A stretch of DNA of 33,184 nt from positions 310,001 through 343,184 of the forward strand of contig JANJGN010000646.1 in assembly GCA_026770705.1 (NCBI GenBank), written 5' to 3'. The translations under genes and the position numbers were made by a program. Below, one piece after another: positions 1 to 11,274 of the stretch. The notes under the pieces were generated by a model, which was not told the DNA's origin, did no database searches, and was given only the letters and a program-made list of their open reading frames with translations. Numbering within the stretch: the first letter of the stretch is position 1; each line of letters begins with the position of its first letter. This stretch comes from Isurus oxyrinchus (taxonomy: Eukaryota).

Positions 1-509
1 GACACTGAACAGCCTGTCTATTCTAGGAGCTGCTGTGTTGTCTTCATGGGAAATTCTGACAAAATCAGCAAAAGACACAAAATTTCAGGGCATTGTTATC
101 CGAGTCCCAGCATCAGGATAGACCTCATCCCCCAGTTGGTATTCCTGATTCTCTATTAAGCGGATCGCTCCCCTGTCACTGGCTGAACAACACTGGCTCC
201 CAGTCCAGCAATGACTCAAATTTCAAATTCTCATCATCGAGTTCTTACCCCACCATCCCCCCTCTACACTCTCTATCTGTGTAACCTCCTCCAACCCTAA
301 AACCCTCTGTGATCTCTGCTCTCCTCCAATTCTGCTGTCAGACAGGGAGTCAGTGTATATCAGTGAGCACAGGGGTGATGGGTGAATGGGACTTGGTGTG
401 AGTTTGTACACTGGCTCACTGCTGAATCGGTTCCCAATCACACTCAATAAGAATGATCTTTTACAAAGACTATTAGCCATAAAACTGTCCGAGCTGACGA
501 CGTTATTAC

Positions 510-549
510 CTTCGAGAAGTGACAGGAGGAAGTAGGATTTCCCGATCAT
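510..549 (-). CDS. Gene C signal-peptide exon (MIGKSYFLLSLLE; exon 510-591); gene continues beyond the left edge
   Basis: 40-nt coding part with donor GAAG|GTAAT. Positions 1-1130 are a paralogous copy of about 22873-23955. Confidence 0.78.
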
Positions 550-999
550 TGTCCACTCCCAGATAATTCATAAGCTTCTGACTCTCAAACTCTGAAAGAG
601 AAAGGAGTTAATGAGACCTCACCTCTTGTCCGACAGCTCTCAAGAGATCAGAACTGTTTTTGGACAATGTCTTTACAGACTAATTTGATTCTCTGTGGGA
701 TGATAGGTACTCTGCAGAGAGTTACAAGGCTTTAAGAAAGAAAAACATTAAAGGATTTGCATTTCTATAGCACCTTTCACCACCTCAAGACGTCCCAAAG
801 CTCATGTCTCTGCACTTCCCTCATCCCTTGAGCTAGAAAGATGTTCTGTACAACAGACTTGAGCCTCACACCCAGATCTCAATAATCAGTAGAAATCTTT
901 CAAAGGCATCAATCATTGGAATCTGTCTTTATAAAGTCACAACATCAACAAAGGACGGTGTTGGTCGTGGAAGTGAATTCCAATTGTTCTGTTACTTAC

Positions 1000-1084
1000 C
1001 CAGGACCTGTCCGACTGCTCGCCTGGAGAGGAACTGCCCACACGCTCTGCTTGGGCTGAATGACCTCTTCCTGTGCTGCTCCCT
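1000..1084 (-). other. 85-nt 5'UTR exon cassette of gene C
   Basis: Same sequence and GTAAGT donor as 23825-23909. Confidence 0.58.
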
Positions 1085-1365
1085 CTGTGTGTTTAATTAG
1101 AAAGGGTGGATGTGTCACTGTGAGACAAAATGAGGAAGTGGGTAATCAGTGAGAAGATCGAGCATGTTTTGTGCTCTCAGCAAAACGTTTACCATGTGTG
1201 ATCTGTCAGCTCATATTTGGGCAGCTGTAGTCATGAAGCTTCTCCATTGGCTCCGTGGGATTAGACTCCTCCCCCTCACCACAGAGGCTGAAACTCAGGC
1301 GATAGAGTCCCCAATACAGGTCTCGGGCCGTATGATACATTTCAACGACCCCTGTTATCATTACG

Positions 1366-2348
1366 GAGGGAGTGCTGCACTGTCAGCGGGACTCTACTGT
1401 GGGAGTGCTGCACTATCAAAGGGTCAGTAATGGGAGAGTGCTGCACTGTCAGAGGGTCAGTAATGAGGGAGTGCTGCACTGTCAGAGGGTCAGTAATGTG
1501 GGAGTGCTGCACTGTCAGAGGGTCAGTAATGAGGGAGTGCTGCACGGTCAGAGGTTCAGTACTGAGGGAGTGCTGCACTGTCAGAGGGTCAGTAATGTGG
1601 GAGTGCTGAACTGTCGGCGGGTCTGTATTGAGTGAGTTCCGCACAGTCAGAGGGTCAGTATTGAGGGGGTGCCGGACTGTGGGAGGGTTAGTACTGAGGT
1701 AGAGCCGAGTGTGAGAAGATATCCTTTCATGGCAAAGTTTAACTGGAATTTATTTAAACAGAATTCTTGTACTGTGTGTTATTGCAAAAGAAAGGATTTG
1801 AGGAACTAAGTCTTGTTCCCGTAAGCCTAAAAATAATTTTCACCGATTCAATGATTTAGCATTGAAACCTCCCTCTTTGGGCACCAGTCTTGATTGAATC
1901 AACTCGAACAGCACCGTGGGAGGGTGAGTACTGAGGGAGTGCTGCACTGTGGGAGGGTGAGTACTGAGAGAGGGCTGCGCTGTGGGAGGGTGAGTACTGA
2001 GGGAGTGCTGCACTGTCAGAGAGTCTGTACTGAGGGAGTGCTGCACTGTCAGAAGGTGTGTACCGTGGGAGTGCTGAACTGTCGGAAGGTCAGTAGTGAG
2101 GGAGGGATACAGTGTCAGAGGATCAGTACTGAGGGAGTGCTGCACTGTGGGTGGATGAGTACTGAGGGAGTGCTGCACTGTCAGATTGTCAGCCATGATG
2201 GTGTGCTGCCCTGTCAGAAGGTCAGTGCTGACAGCGTGCTGCACTTGAAAAGGGTCAATAATGAGGTAGTGCAGCACTGTCAGAGGGACAGTAATGAGGG
2301 AGCGCTGCACTGACCGAGGGTCAGGATTGAGGAAACGCTGCACTGTCA
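1366..2348 (+). repeat. 33-bp minisatellite arrays (GGGTCAGTACTGAGGGAGTGCTGCACTGTCAGA), 1366-1700 and 1910-2348
   Basis: Direct tandem units. The unit matches a segment of the Deu-domain SINE. Confidence 0.9.
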
Positions 2349-3065
2349 GTTCTGTGCGTGTTCTGCAATGTCCTAAGTGCATTCTAGGCACAGCCCAAGA
2401 TTCCGCCTGATGTCTGTGTAACAACAACATCATGTACATGTCGAGAATAATTCTCACTGTGTTGGTGCAGCAAGACAGTTTTGGAATGGCACCACCACTG
2501 GCAGGAGTGTGCAGCTGCAATGTGACGTGTTTACATTGAAAATTTCCATTATAAAGATGGCCACAGGAATTCATCTGACTGGAAAAAGTGACAACATGAA
2601 ATAATGTCTTTGAGCCAAGAATCTGGCAGCAAAATAAGAATTTTAATCCATAAGTATCTACAGAAAAGGCTGAACATTTTAATCACTTGTGTTAATCAAT
2701 GTAATTTTATTCATAACCCAAATGCTTCTTACAATCTATCGCAGCATGAAAAAGGTGCAGCATTCAGAAAGCACATTCCAATCAGAGAACAGAGTTTAGC
2801 AATGTCACATTTCTGTTCATTCCTATTCGACCATGTTGGCTGCACACAGCCAGACAATGCCGTGGTTATGATGTGTCCACAAAGCAGGACTGGGGAGCAC
2901 CAGGTATAAGGAAAAGTTTCAGCTTGCTGAGGAGAAGAAGGAGAATCTCTCGTTCCAGGTTTCTCTCCGTACATTAAGAAGCAGGCATGCCGATGTTTCA
3001 TTGCACTCTGTCTGCTGATGGGAGTCCGCTTGGAAATTGCTGTTTGTGCTAATGGAAAGAATAAG

Positions 3066-3665
3066 CTTTTCATAAATGGAGGGATTGAGTACAAACACAG
3101 GGAGGTTATGCTGAACATTTATAAAGCTCTGGTTAGGTGACAACTAGAGTATTGTGTCCAGTTCTGGTCTCCTCACTTTGGGAAGGAAGTGAAATTCCTT
3201 GAGAGGGTAGGGAGGAGATTGAGCAGAATGGGTCCAGGGATGAGGGATTTTAGCTACAAGGTTGGGTTGGAGAAGCTGGGGTTGTTCTCCTTGGAGCAAA
3301 GGAGATTGAGGGGGGATCTGATCGAGGTGTACAAGATGATGATGGGTTTAGATACGGTAGACAAAGAGAAGCTGTTGCCATTAGCTGATAGGACAAGGAC
3401 TGGGGGACACAGATTGAAGGTTGTGGGCAGTGGGGGGATGTGAGGAGGAACTTTTTTACACAGCGAGTGGTAATGAGCTGGAACTCGCTGCCTACGAGGA
3501 TGGTGGAAGTGGAGACGATGAACGATTTCAAAAGGAAATTGGATGGACACTTGGAAATAAACTTGCAGGGATACGGGGATAGAGCGGGGAATGGGACTGA
3601 GTGGATTGCTCTACACAGAGACAGCATGGACTCAATGGGCTGAATGGTCTCCTACTGTGCTTGAA
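3066..3665 (+). mobile_element. CR1-type LINE 3' fragment (RT C-terminus plus 3'UTR)
   Basis: Encodes LYKALVR-like, LEYCVQFWSP, LGLFSLEQRRLRGDLIEVYK and FFTQRVV..WNSLP, with stops and frameshifts. Confidence 0.9.
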
Positions 3666-3783
3666 TGCCTCTCTGATACGAAGGTGATTCTAACCAGGAC
3701 ACTGACCAGTTTCATTACAACTTAACACAACATCACACGTTATTTGTCCGCACTGACTGACCAGATTGTTGCTTTACAAAGCT

Positions 3784-3923
3784 TCAAACAGTCTGTCGAC
3801 TTCCTTTCACTGTTTGTCTCTCCCAGACACAGACTCCAGTGATAGTGATAACCACAGCCACAAGGAATATCACAGCTCGTATTCCCAGGATCAGGATCAC
3901 ATGCAGAATCTCTCCTCCACTGT
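3784..3923 (-). pseudogene. Gene B TM plus short-tail terminal exon with intramembrane Arg (SGGEILHVILILGIRAVIFLVAVVITITGVCVWERQTVKGSRQTV*)
   Basis: TGTTCTCTAG| acceptor, phase 1. The hydrophobic segment carries CGA (Arg) at 3877-3879. A 12-aa tail without Tyr ends in TGA at 3784-3786. This frame is not in the ORF track. Confidence 0.8.
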
Positions 3924-4309
3924 CTAGAGAACACACAGAAAGAAATCATCACTGACTCTCCGCTTTCAATCTCTCACTCTGGCTGAACAATCAAGCTTCA
4001 TATCACTGCAACATTTGCTGTAATATTGACCCATCCACTGGGATTCAATGTGGAATGAATGTTTTCATTGTAAACACTCTAAGAGTGGACAATCGGAACT
4101 TTCCCCTTAGCGTGGAACATTGGTGAGAATGGATCATTGTGCTGTTGGACTCCCTGTCCAATGTTTCTCTCCATCGCTGTGTACAGGATTGTGCTGTAGA
4201 AAATTCTGGAAACGTTTAGTGCAGGGTGGAAATCCATCTCGGACGCGTGTGCGAATCGGGCAGAATCGAGATGGACTCCCCCACGGACTTACACCCCCCG
4301 CTTAATAAA

Positions 4310-4690
4310 CAGTTCCAATCTTTACCCAGAGAGAGGGGAGAATGTGGAACTCACTCCCACAGGGAGTGGTTGAGGTGAACAGTATCGATGTATTTAAGGG
4401 GCAGGAGGGTCGGTAACCAGAGGGACACAGATTGACCAACTGGAGGGGGAGATGAGGAGAATTTGTTTTGACAGAGCGAGTTGTTGTGATCTGGAAGGTG
4501 CTGCCTGAAAGGGCGGTGGAAGCAGATTCAATAGGAACTTTCAAAAGGGAAATTGGATAAACACTTGAAGGAGGAAGATGGGGTAAAGTGGAGTGGTGGT
4601 TAGTGGATCTGATGGGATAGAACATTGAAAGACCTGGCACAGGCACAGTGGGCTGAATGGCCTCCTCCTGTGCTGTATCATTCTCTGCTT
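4310..4690 (+). mobile_element. Degenerate CR1-type LINE 3' fragments
   Basis: TGGAACTCACTCCCAC motif and GGCTGAATGGCCTCCTCCTGTGCTG tail. Confidence 0.7.
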
Positions 4691-5594
4691 CCATGATCTC
4701 TCCCCCAGTCAGTAACCACTCCAGATCCCTCTTGAAGGCGACAGAGAAACAGGAACTACCACACCCACTGACAGCACATTCTCAAGGATCCCTACTCTCT
4801 GGGAAAAGATGAACTCCCCAACATCCAGCCTATTCCTGCTTCCCAGAGAGTGTAAACCCTTCAGGGAGGCACTGAGGAAGTTTTCAATAAAATGAATTAT
4901 CAAATCTATCATTTGAGAAATAATTTAATTCTGATGAACTCACAGCTTATGTAGCAAACTGGGAAGTGGAGTTGCTTGAAAAGCTGGGAAACACAAGGAT
5001 TAAGTGCTACAATGCCACCACTGGTGGGAGACTGTAACTACAGCGTGACGTTTACATAAGCAGTCATCATTATAAACAGGGGCATTGGACATACTGGGAA
5101 ATATGTGCACTGGAAAGGTGAGTAAATGATGTAAGATTTTCACCAGCAGGAATTCTCTAACTAAACCTCTCCACCTCTCCCTTACTCTCACATACACAAA
5201 CAAAATCACACCGAATCAGATAAGGAGGAGTTGGGGCCGATGATTGTTCGAAGGGTTAGCTTTCAGGAAGCTTCTTAAAGGGAGAGAGAGAGTTGGAGAG
5301 GCAGAGAGTATCTGTGAGTGTCTCTATGCATCTGAGTGTCTGTAATAGACTTTGTAATTTCCATATTCTTCCATAAACATGATTGGGAACACAAATCCCA
5401 GAATCCAGGCCAACTCTCCAGTGCAGTACTCAGGTAAGCCACAGGGGAGTGTGTGCTAGTGTGTTTGTTCGTGAGTGTGTCTTTGTAATTGCTCATACAT
5501 GTGTGTCTGCACGTGTCTATTTAGTTCTGTATATTTGTGTGTGTTTGTGCAATGTTTGAATCTGAGAGAGATGTTGATGTCTGTGTACACTCAC

Positions 5595-5747
5595 GTTCCA
5601 CAGTGATGGTTATGAACCCCTCCACTGCTCCATGTTCATTCTCTGCCACACACTGATAGTCTCCAGTGTCCCGATATGTAATGGGAGGAATCACCAACCA
5701 CAGCTCATTGTTGGAACTTGTTCTGTTCATTTGGACATTAAGATGTC
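5595..5747 (-). pseudogene. Gene B third Ig exon remnant (3' half only)
   Basis: Reads HLNVQMNRTSSNNELWLVIP...DTGDYQCVAENEHGAVEGFITITVE with an intact GTGAGT donor. The 5' half and acceptor are replaced by unrelated sequence at 5748-5931, and homology to the A intron resumes at about 5932. Confidence 0.8.
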
Positions 5748-6070
5748 AGGGCAGGAATCAAGAAGCCCATTCGCAGGATTACCAACAGAAAGTGAACCAC
5801 AATTTATACTTAATGGGAAGAGAGTGCTGATTGGTTGGCAAGTGGTCTCTGATAGGTGGACGTGTTGCCATGGAGAATGGTGTGTGCGAGATGTAAACTT
5901 TAGACAGCTTGTCTCTTTATTCAGCAATAATCAAATAAAGATCAATTAACTTCAATCGACTGTGAAGCACTTTGAGAGGTCTGAGAATGTGGACACTGAG
6001 AATGGGCTGCACTGTCAGAGGGTCAGCGCTGAGGGAGTGCTGATGTAGAATGAAAGGTGTATGTACTTAC

Positions 6071-6367
6071 CTTGCACAGTTAGTACGAGGGTCCGCTCCG
6101 ATGAAACAGATGGATATCTCACTCTGCAGCTGAGTGTGTGTCCGTGGTGTTTGAGTGATGGGATCAGGGTCAGAACAGAAGTATAGGTCAGAGTGACACC
6201 ATGCTGAGTTACAGTGTTTGAGACTGAACCAGGTACGTCAGTGGGAGTTTCCCAGGTTAAGACAGGCGCTGCTGTTCCATTGCACGTTGTGTTGATGGTG
6301 CAGCTTACATCCACATGCTTTCCTGCAATAATTTCAGCAGGGAATATCGTGGGTTTATCTGTGAAAT
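6071..6367 (-). pseudogene. Gene B C2-set exon (open frame)
   Basis: 297 nt with the same splice sites as A. I count 4 aa differences from A (R/H, F/I, D/E, Q/R). Confidence 0.88.
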
Positions 6368-6619
6368 CTAACAGACAGAGAATGGATCCTTTTAGAGAAA
6401 TATAACGTGAAGCATCAGTTCAAATAGAAACCACAGTCCCACAAGAGAAAGCACTTTTACAAGGATGATATCAGAACTGAGAGGTTACAATGATCAGGAG
6501 AGATTTTCTTGCTCTTTGGCAGTAGTGTTTCTGTCTCTCAGCTTAATACACGTTCACTCCGAGACATGTGAATTGAGAACACTGGATGAGAGAAGAGGCT
6601 CAGACCAGAGATTGGAGTT

Positions 6620-6752
6620 AAAAGCAGAATACTGCGGATGCTAGAAATCTGAAACAAAAACAAAAATTGCTGGAAAGACTCAGCAGGTCTGACAGTATCA
6701 GTGGAGAGGAAGACAGGGTTAACGTTTCGAGTCCGTATGACTCTTCATCAGA
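6620..6752 (-). mobile_element. Penelope-like terminal-repeat fragment with hammerhead-like core
   Basis: Similar to 11170-11270 and 11715-11930. Minus strand reads CTGATGA A GAGTC ATACG GACTC GAAAC GTT. Confidence 0.6.
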
Positions 6753-7226
6753 CCAGAGGTTTGAGTTCACTGGCTTCTCATTTCCTCAGTGATCTGGGTG
6801 ATTTATCACCTTGTGGTTTGTTGGATCTTGCTGTGCACAAACTGCCTGCTGTGTTTTACATCTCTGACTACAATTCAGGAATAATTTCAATGGATGTGAA
6901 GGGATTTGGATCCTCCTGAGGTGGTAAATTGCGCTACAGAAATGCACATCTTTCTTTTATCGATACGTCAGACTTTTAAACAGGACAGGAGAGATTGATG
7001 AGAGTGGATAACCTGATAATACAGTTAATGCTTTTCATCATTGATTTTAAAGTGAGTATTAGAGGTTGCTTTAGGACTGAACTGGAAGCTATCACCAGGT
7101 TATTGAGAATCAGATAGCAAGTTATAATAAGCTGTGTTTTGTGTTAATATGTAAACGTCACAGTTTGTGTTATCTCCCATTGAGTGTTGAATGTGAATTG
7201 TTGAGTAATTATAACACAGCACTTAC

Positions 7227-7601
7227 CAGAAACGTGAAGCTGGGTTACAGGGTAATAGTTATGGCTCGGACCATTGTCAAATTCTATTCTGAAAAAATAA
7301 GGTCCTGCATCTTCCCGTCTGATGTTGTTTATAATCAGGGAACAGTCGCCATCTTTCAGGTCTCCAGACAGCCGAGTCCGATGGTGGAATCTTTGATCCC
7401 TGTGACTGTGAACCTCGGAATGAAAGGCTATAGACCATTTCGGCTGTGGGTTCCCATCTATTCCTTTCAAGCAGATTCCGACACGTGATCTCCCTATGAA
7501 ATTTGATAAGTAACTGTAATGACATGGAATCTGTACACACGAACCATCCTGCGCTGTCACCTCTCGTGAAGTGTCGCCTTTTCAATCTTGTGACAGTCCA
7601 A
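7227..7601 (-). pseudogene. Gene B Siglec V-set exon with premature stop
   Basis: CCATAG|TT GGA CTG TCA CAA GAT TGA, where A has CAA GAG TGG. 375 nt. CVQIPC, DCSL and YFFRIE (Arg codon 7288-7290) are retained. Confidence 0.88.
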
Positions 7602-8302
7602 CTATGGAGAGAAAAGTCAATATTTAACTCTGGAAGGTTTGTAGATCCACTAGACTCGATATCCACCCTCTCCATCACTGGGGCACAGTGGCTGCAGTGT
7701 GGACCATCTACAGGACACACAAGGAACTCCCCAAGGTTTCACAATGGATGGAAGAGAATCCTGGACACAGGAGTGGACAAGTTCATTCTACATTGGCTCA
7801 TGGTCCTCAGGACCCTGTTTAGTGAAGCCAGTCTTCCACCCAACACAGAGTCTACAAGATACACAGGGAAACTGTGTAAACATCTCATCTCTCTACACCG
7901 ACTGGTTTGAGCTTCAGTTTAACTTTCAGTTAGTTTACTTCCTTATTGTGGTTGCTATGGTGAAACTGTGCAGGAAGTGCGAGGGCTGGACTCTCTGTCT
8001 ATTCTCACTGCAGCTGTGATGTGGTCGTGGTGATTCTCAGTAAAATGAAACCCTCTGAGCTCCTCCATCCCCGAGGTTTAGGGAGTGAATTCCAGAGCTC
8101 AGGCCCCAGGCAGCTGAAGGCCCGGCCGCCAGTACTGGAGTGATGGGAATCGGGGGATGGTCAAGAGGCCGGAATTGGAGTAACACAGAGATCTGGGAAG
8201 TTGTTTGGGTGAGTTGCAGGAGGTTACAGAGATAAAGAGATAAGAATGATCTTTTACAAAGACTGTTAAACATAAATCTATCCGAGCTGACGATGATATT
8301 AC

Positions 8303-8381
8303 CTTGGAGAAGTGACAAGAGGAAGTAGATTTCCCGATCATCGTCCACTCCCAGATATTCCATCCACTTCTCACTCTCAAG
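8303..8381 (-). pseudogene. Gene B leader exon with 1-nt deletion
   Basis: 39 nt from the MIGKS ATG (8341) to the donor, versus 40 nt in copies A and C. Confidence 0.8.
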
Positions 8382-8912
8382 CTGTGAAAGAGAAAGGAGT
8401 TAATGAGACCTCACCTCTTGTCCGACAGCTCTCGAGAGATCAGAACTGCTTTTAGACAATGTCTTCACAGACTAATTTGATTCTCTGTGGGATGATAGGT
8501 GTTCTGCAGAGAGTTACAAGGCTTTAAGAAAGAAAAACAATGAAGGACTTGCATTTCTGTAGCACCTTTCACTATCTCAGGACGTCCCAAAGCTCATGTC
8601 TCTGCAGTTCCCTCATCCCTTGAGCTAGAAATATGTTCTGTACAACAGACTTGAGTCTCACACCCAGATCTCAATAATCAGTAGAAATCTTTCAAAGGCA
8701 TCAATCATTGTAATCTGTCTTTATAAAGTCACAACATCAACAAAGGACGGTGTTGGTGGTGGAAGTGAATTCCAATCGTTCCGTTACTTACCCAGGACCT
8801 GTCCGACTGCTCGCCTGGGGAGGAACTGCCCACACGCTCTGCTTGGGCTGAATGACCTCTTCCTGTGCTGCTCCCTCTGTGTATTTAATGAGAAAGGGTT
8901 GATGTGTCTCTG

Positions 8913-8932
8913 TGAGTCAAAATGAGGAAGTG
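8913..8932. promoter_or_regulatory. Candidate AP-1 (TGAGTCA) plus PU.1/ETS (GAGGAAGTG) pair upstream of the UTR cassette
   Basis: TGAGTCA at 8913-8919 and GAGGAAGTG at 8924-8932. The ETS motif is also at 1132-1140, and AP-1 is also at 15270-15276 and 23946-23952. Motif match only. Confidence 0.4.
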
Positions 8933-9039
8933 CTTGGTACCAAGTTAGAAAGCATCTCTTTGCCTCGCACAGTTAGAAAACTGTTAACCCTTTGCGTACC
9001 AAGAATGTGGTTGAAGGGCCATCGACTGTTCACATGCAA

Positions 9040-10418
9040 GAGGCTCGAGGGGTTGACTGGGCCTCCTCCTGTTCCAGTGTAACAGGCTTGAGGGACTGTA
9101 TGCACCTCCTCGTGTTCAAGAGTAACATGTTCGAGGGAGCTGAATGGGCCTCCTCCAGTCCCTGTGTAACAGACTCATGTGGCTGAATGGGCCTCCTCCT
9201 GTCCCTGTGTAACAGCCTCGAGGGACTGAATGAACCTCCTCCTCTTCTTGTGTAACATGCTTGAGGAGCTGAATGGGCCTCCTCCTGTTCCTGTAAAACA
9301 GCCTCGAGGGACTGAATGAACCCCCTCCTCCATTTCTTGTGTAAGAGGCTTGAGGGGCTGTTTGGGCCCCCTCATGTTCTTATATAAGAATCTCGTGTGG
9401 CTGAATGAGACTTCTCCTGTTCCTATGTCACTGACTTGAGGGGCTGAATGGACCTCCTCCTGTTCTTGTGTAACAGGCTCAAGGAGGCTGAATGTGTTTA
9501 CTGCTCCAGTAAAGAGGGTTGAGGAATTGAATGTCCTCTTACTGTTCCTATGTAACATGTCTGAGGAGGCTGAATGGGCCTCCCCCTGTTCCTGTGTAAC
9601 AGGCTTGAGAGGGCTGAATGGCCTTCTCCTGTTCCTGTGTAACTGTCTTGAGGGGGCTGAGTGGGCCTCCTCCTGTTCCTGTGTTATAGGTTCAAGGGGG
9701 CTGAATGACTTCCTCCTGTTCCTGTGTAACAGGCTCGAGGGGCTGAATGGACCTCCTCCTGTTCCTGTGTAACAGGCTCGAGGGGCTGAATGGGCCTCCT
9801 CCTGTTCCTGTGTAACAAGATCGAGGGGCTGAATGGGTCTCCTTTTCCTGTGCAACAGGCTCAGGGGGGCTGAATGGCCTCCTTCTCTCTGTGTACCAGG
9901 CTCATGGGGCTGAGTGGGCCTCCTCTTGTTCCTGTGTAACAGGCTCGAGGGGGCTGAATGGGCCTCCTCCTGTTCCTGTGTAACAGGCTTGAGGGGGCTG
10001 AATGGGCCTCCTCCTGTTCCTGTGTAACAGGCTTGAGGGGCTGAATGGACCTCCTCCTGTTCCTGTGTAACAAGCTCGAGGGGCTGAATGGGTCTCCTTT
10101 TGCTGTGCAACAGGCTCAGGGGGGCTGAATGGCCTCCTTCTCTCTGTGTACCAGGCTCATGGGGCTGAGTGGGCCTCCTCCTGTTCCTGTGTAACAGGCT
10201 CGAGGGGCTGAATAGACCTCCTCCTGTTCCTGGGTAATAAGCTTGAGAGGCTGAATAGGCCTCCTCCTTTTCCTGTGCAACAGGCTCAGGGGGGCTGAAT
10301 GGCCTCCTTCTCTCACTGTGTACCAGGCTCATGGGGCTGAGTGGGCCTCCTCCTGTTCCTGTGTAAAAGGCTAAAGGGGCTGAATTGGCCTTCCCCAGTT
10401 CCTGTGTACCAGGCTCGA
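9040..10418 (+). repeat. About 43-44-bp minisatellite (GGGGCTGAATGGGCCTCCTCCTGTTCCTGTGTAACAGGCTCGA)
   Basis: About 30 tandem units with higher-order variants. The unit resembles the CR1 3' tail. Confidence 0.9.
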
Positions 10419-10439
10419 GTACATTAGGAGCATCATTGG

Positions 10440-11270
10440 AAGCAGCATTTCACTTGCACTTCCCTCAATTTAATCCACTGCATTCACTGCTCCCAATGTG
10501 GTCTCCTCTACATGGGACAGACCAAACACAGACTGGGTGATCGCTCTGATGAACACCTTCGGTTTGTCCGCAAGCATGACCCAGACCTCCCTGCCGCTTG
10601 CCATTTTAACCCTCCACCCTGCTCTCATGCCCACATGTCCGTCCTTGGCCTGCTGCATTGTTCCAGTGAAGCCTAACACAAACTGGAGGAACAGCACCTC
10701 ATCTTCCGACCTGGCACTTTACAGCTTTCCGGACTGAATATTGAGTTCAACAATTTCAGATCATGAACTCTCTCCTCCATCCCCACCCCCTTTCCAATCT
10801 CCCTTTTTCCAATAATTGATAATTTTTAATATTTATTTTATTTATATATTTTTCTTTTCCCACCTATTTCCATTATTTTTAAATGTTTTACATCTGTTGT
10901 TGTATCTCTACCTTTTAGCCTATTTCAATCCTTTCCCCCCACCCCACCCCCACTAGGACTATCTGTCTCTTGCTCGTCCTGCTTTCTACCCTTAATGTCC
11001 CCATTAGCACATTCCTCAGATAATATCACCACCGTCAACACCCCTTTGTCCTTTTGTCTATCACATCTTTGGCAACCTCTTCTTTACCTCCATCTATCAC
11101 TGGCCCACAATCCAGCTCTACCTGCCCCACCCCCTCTACCAGCTAAAACGTCACCTCATTTCTCGATTCCCTTAGTTCTGATGAAGAGTCATACAGACCC
11201 AAAACTTCAAGTTGTTCCTCTCCGCAGATCCTGTCAGACCTGCTGAGTTTTTCCAGCTATTTTTGTTTTT
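10440..11270 (+). mobile_element. Penelope-like retroelement fragment (GIY-YIG endonuclease plus 3' region)
   Basis: 10440-10765 translates KQHFTCTSLNLIHCIHCSQCGLLYMGQTKHRLGDRSDEHL...CHFN...*HKLEEQHLIFRPGTLQLSGLNIEFNNFRS*, a typical PLE GIY-YIG with one internal stop. Confidence 0.85.
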
Positions 11271-11274
11271 GTTC

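Larger units (their letters stand above)
3784..8876 (-). pseudogene. Gene B: activating-type Siglec-like paralog, pseudogene
   Basis: Exons: UTR cassette 8792-8876, leader 8303-8381 (1-nt deletion), V 7227-7601 (TGA at 7582-7584, C-strand Trp to Cys), C2 6071-6367 (intact), Ig3 remnant 5595-5747, TM and short tail 3784-3923. Confidence 0.82.

Noticed and set aside
3799-3808. AAAG/GAAGT as a decayed splice donor after gene B's TM
   Set aside because: It lacks the GT, and I found no downstream tail exons before gene C, so it cannot be supported.
8303-8363. Rescue of gene B by the upstream ATG (MEYLGVDDDREIYFLLSLLQ)
   Set aside because: It is in frame with the donor, but translation would hit TGA at 7582-7584 seven codons into the V exon.
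9175-10332. 385-aa repetitive ORF (also 11257-11712)
   Set aside because: It is a by-product of the 43-44-bp minisatellite cycling through reading frames.
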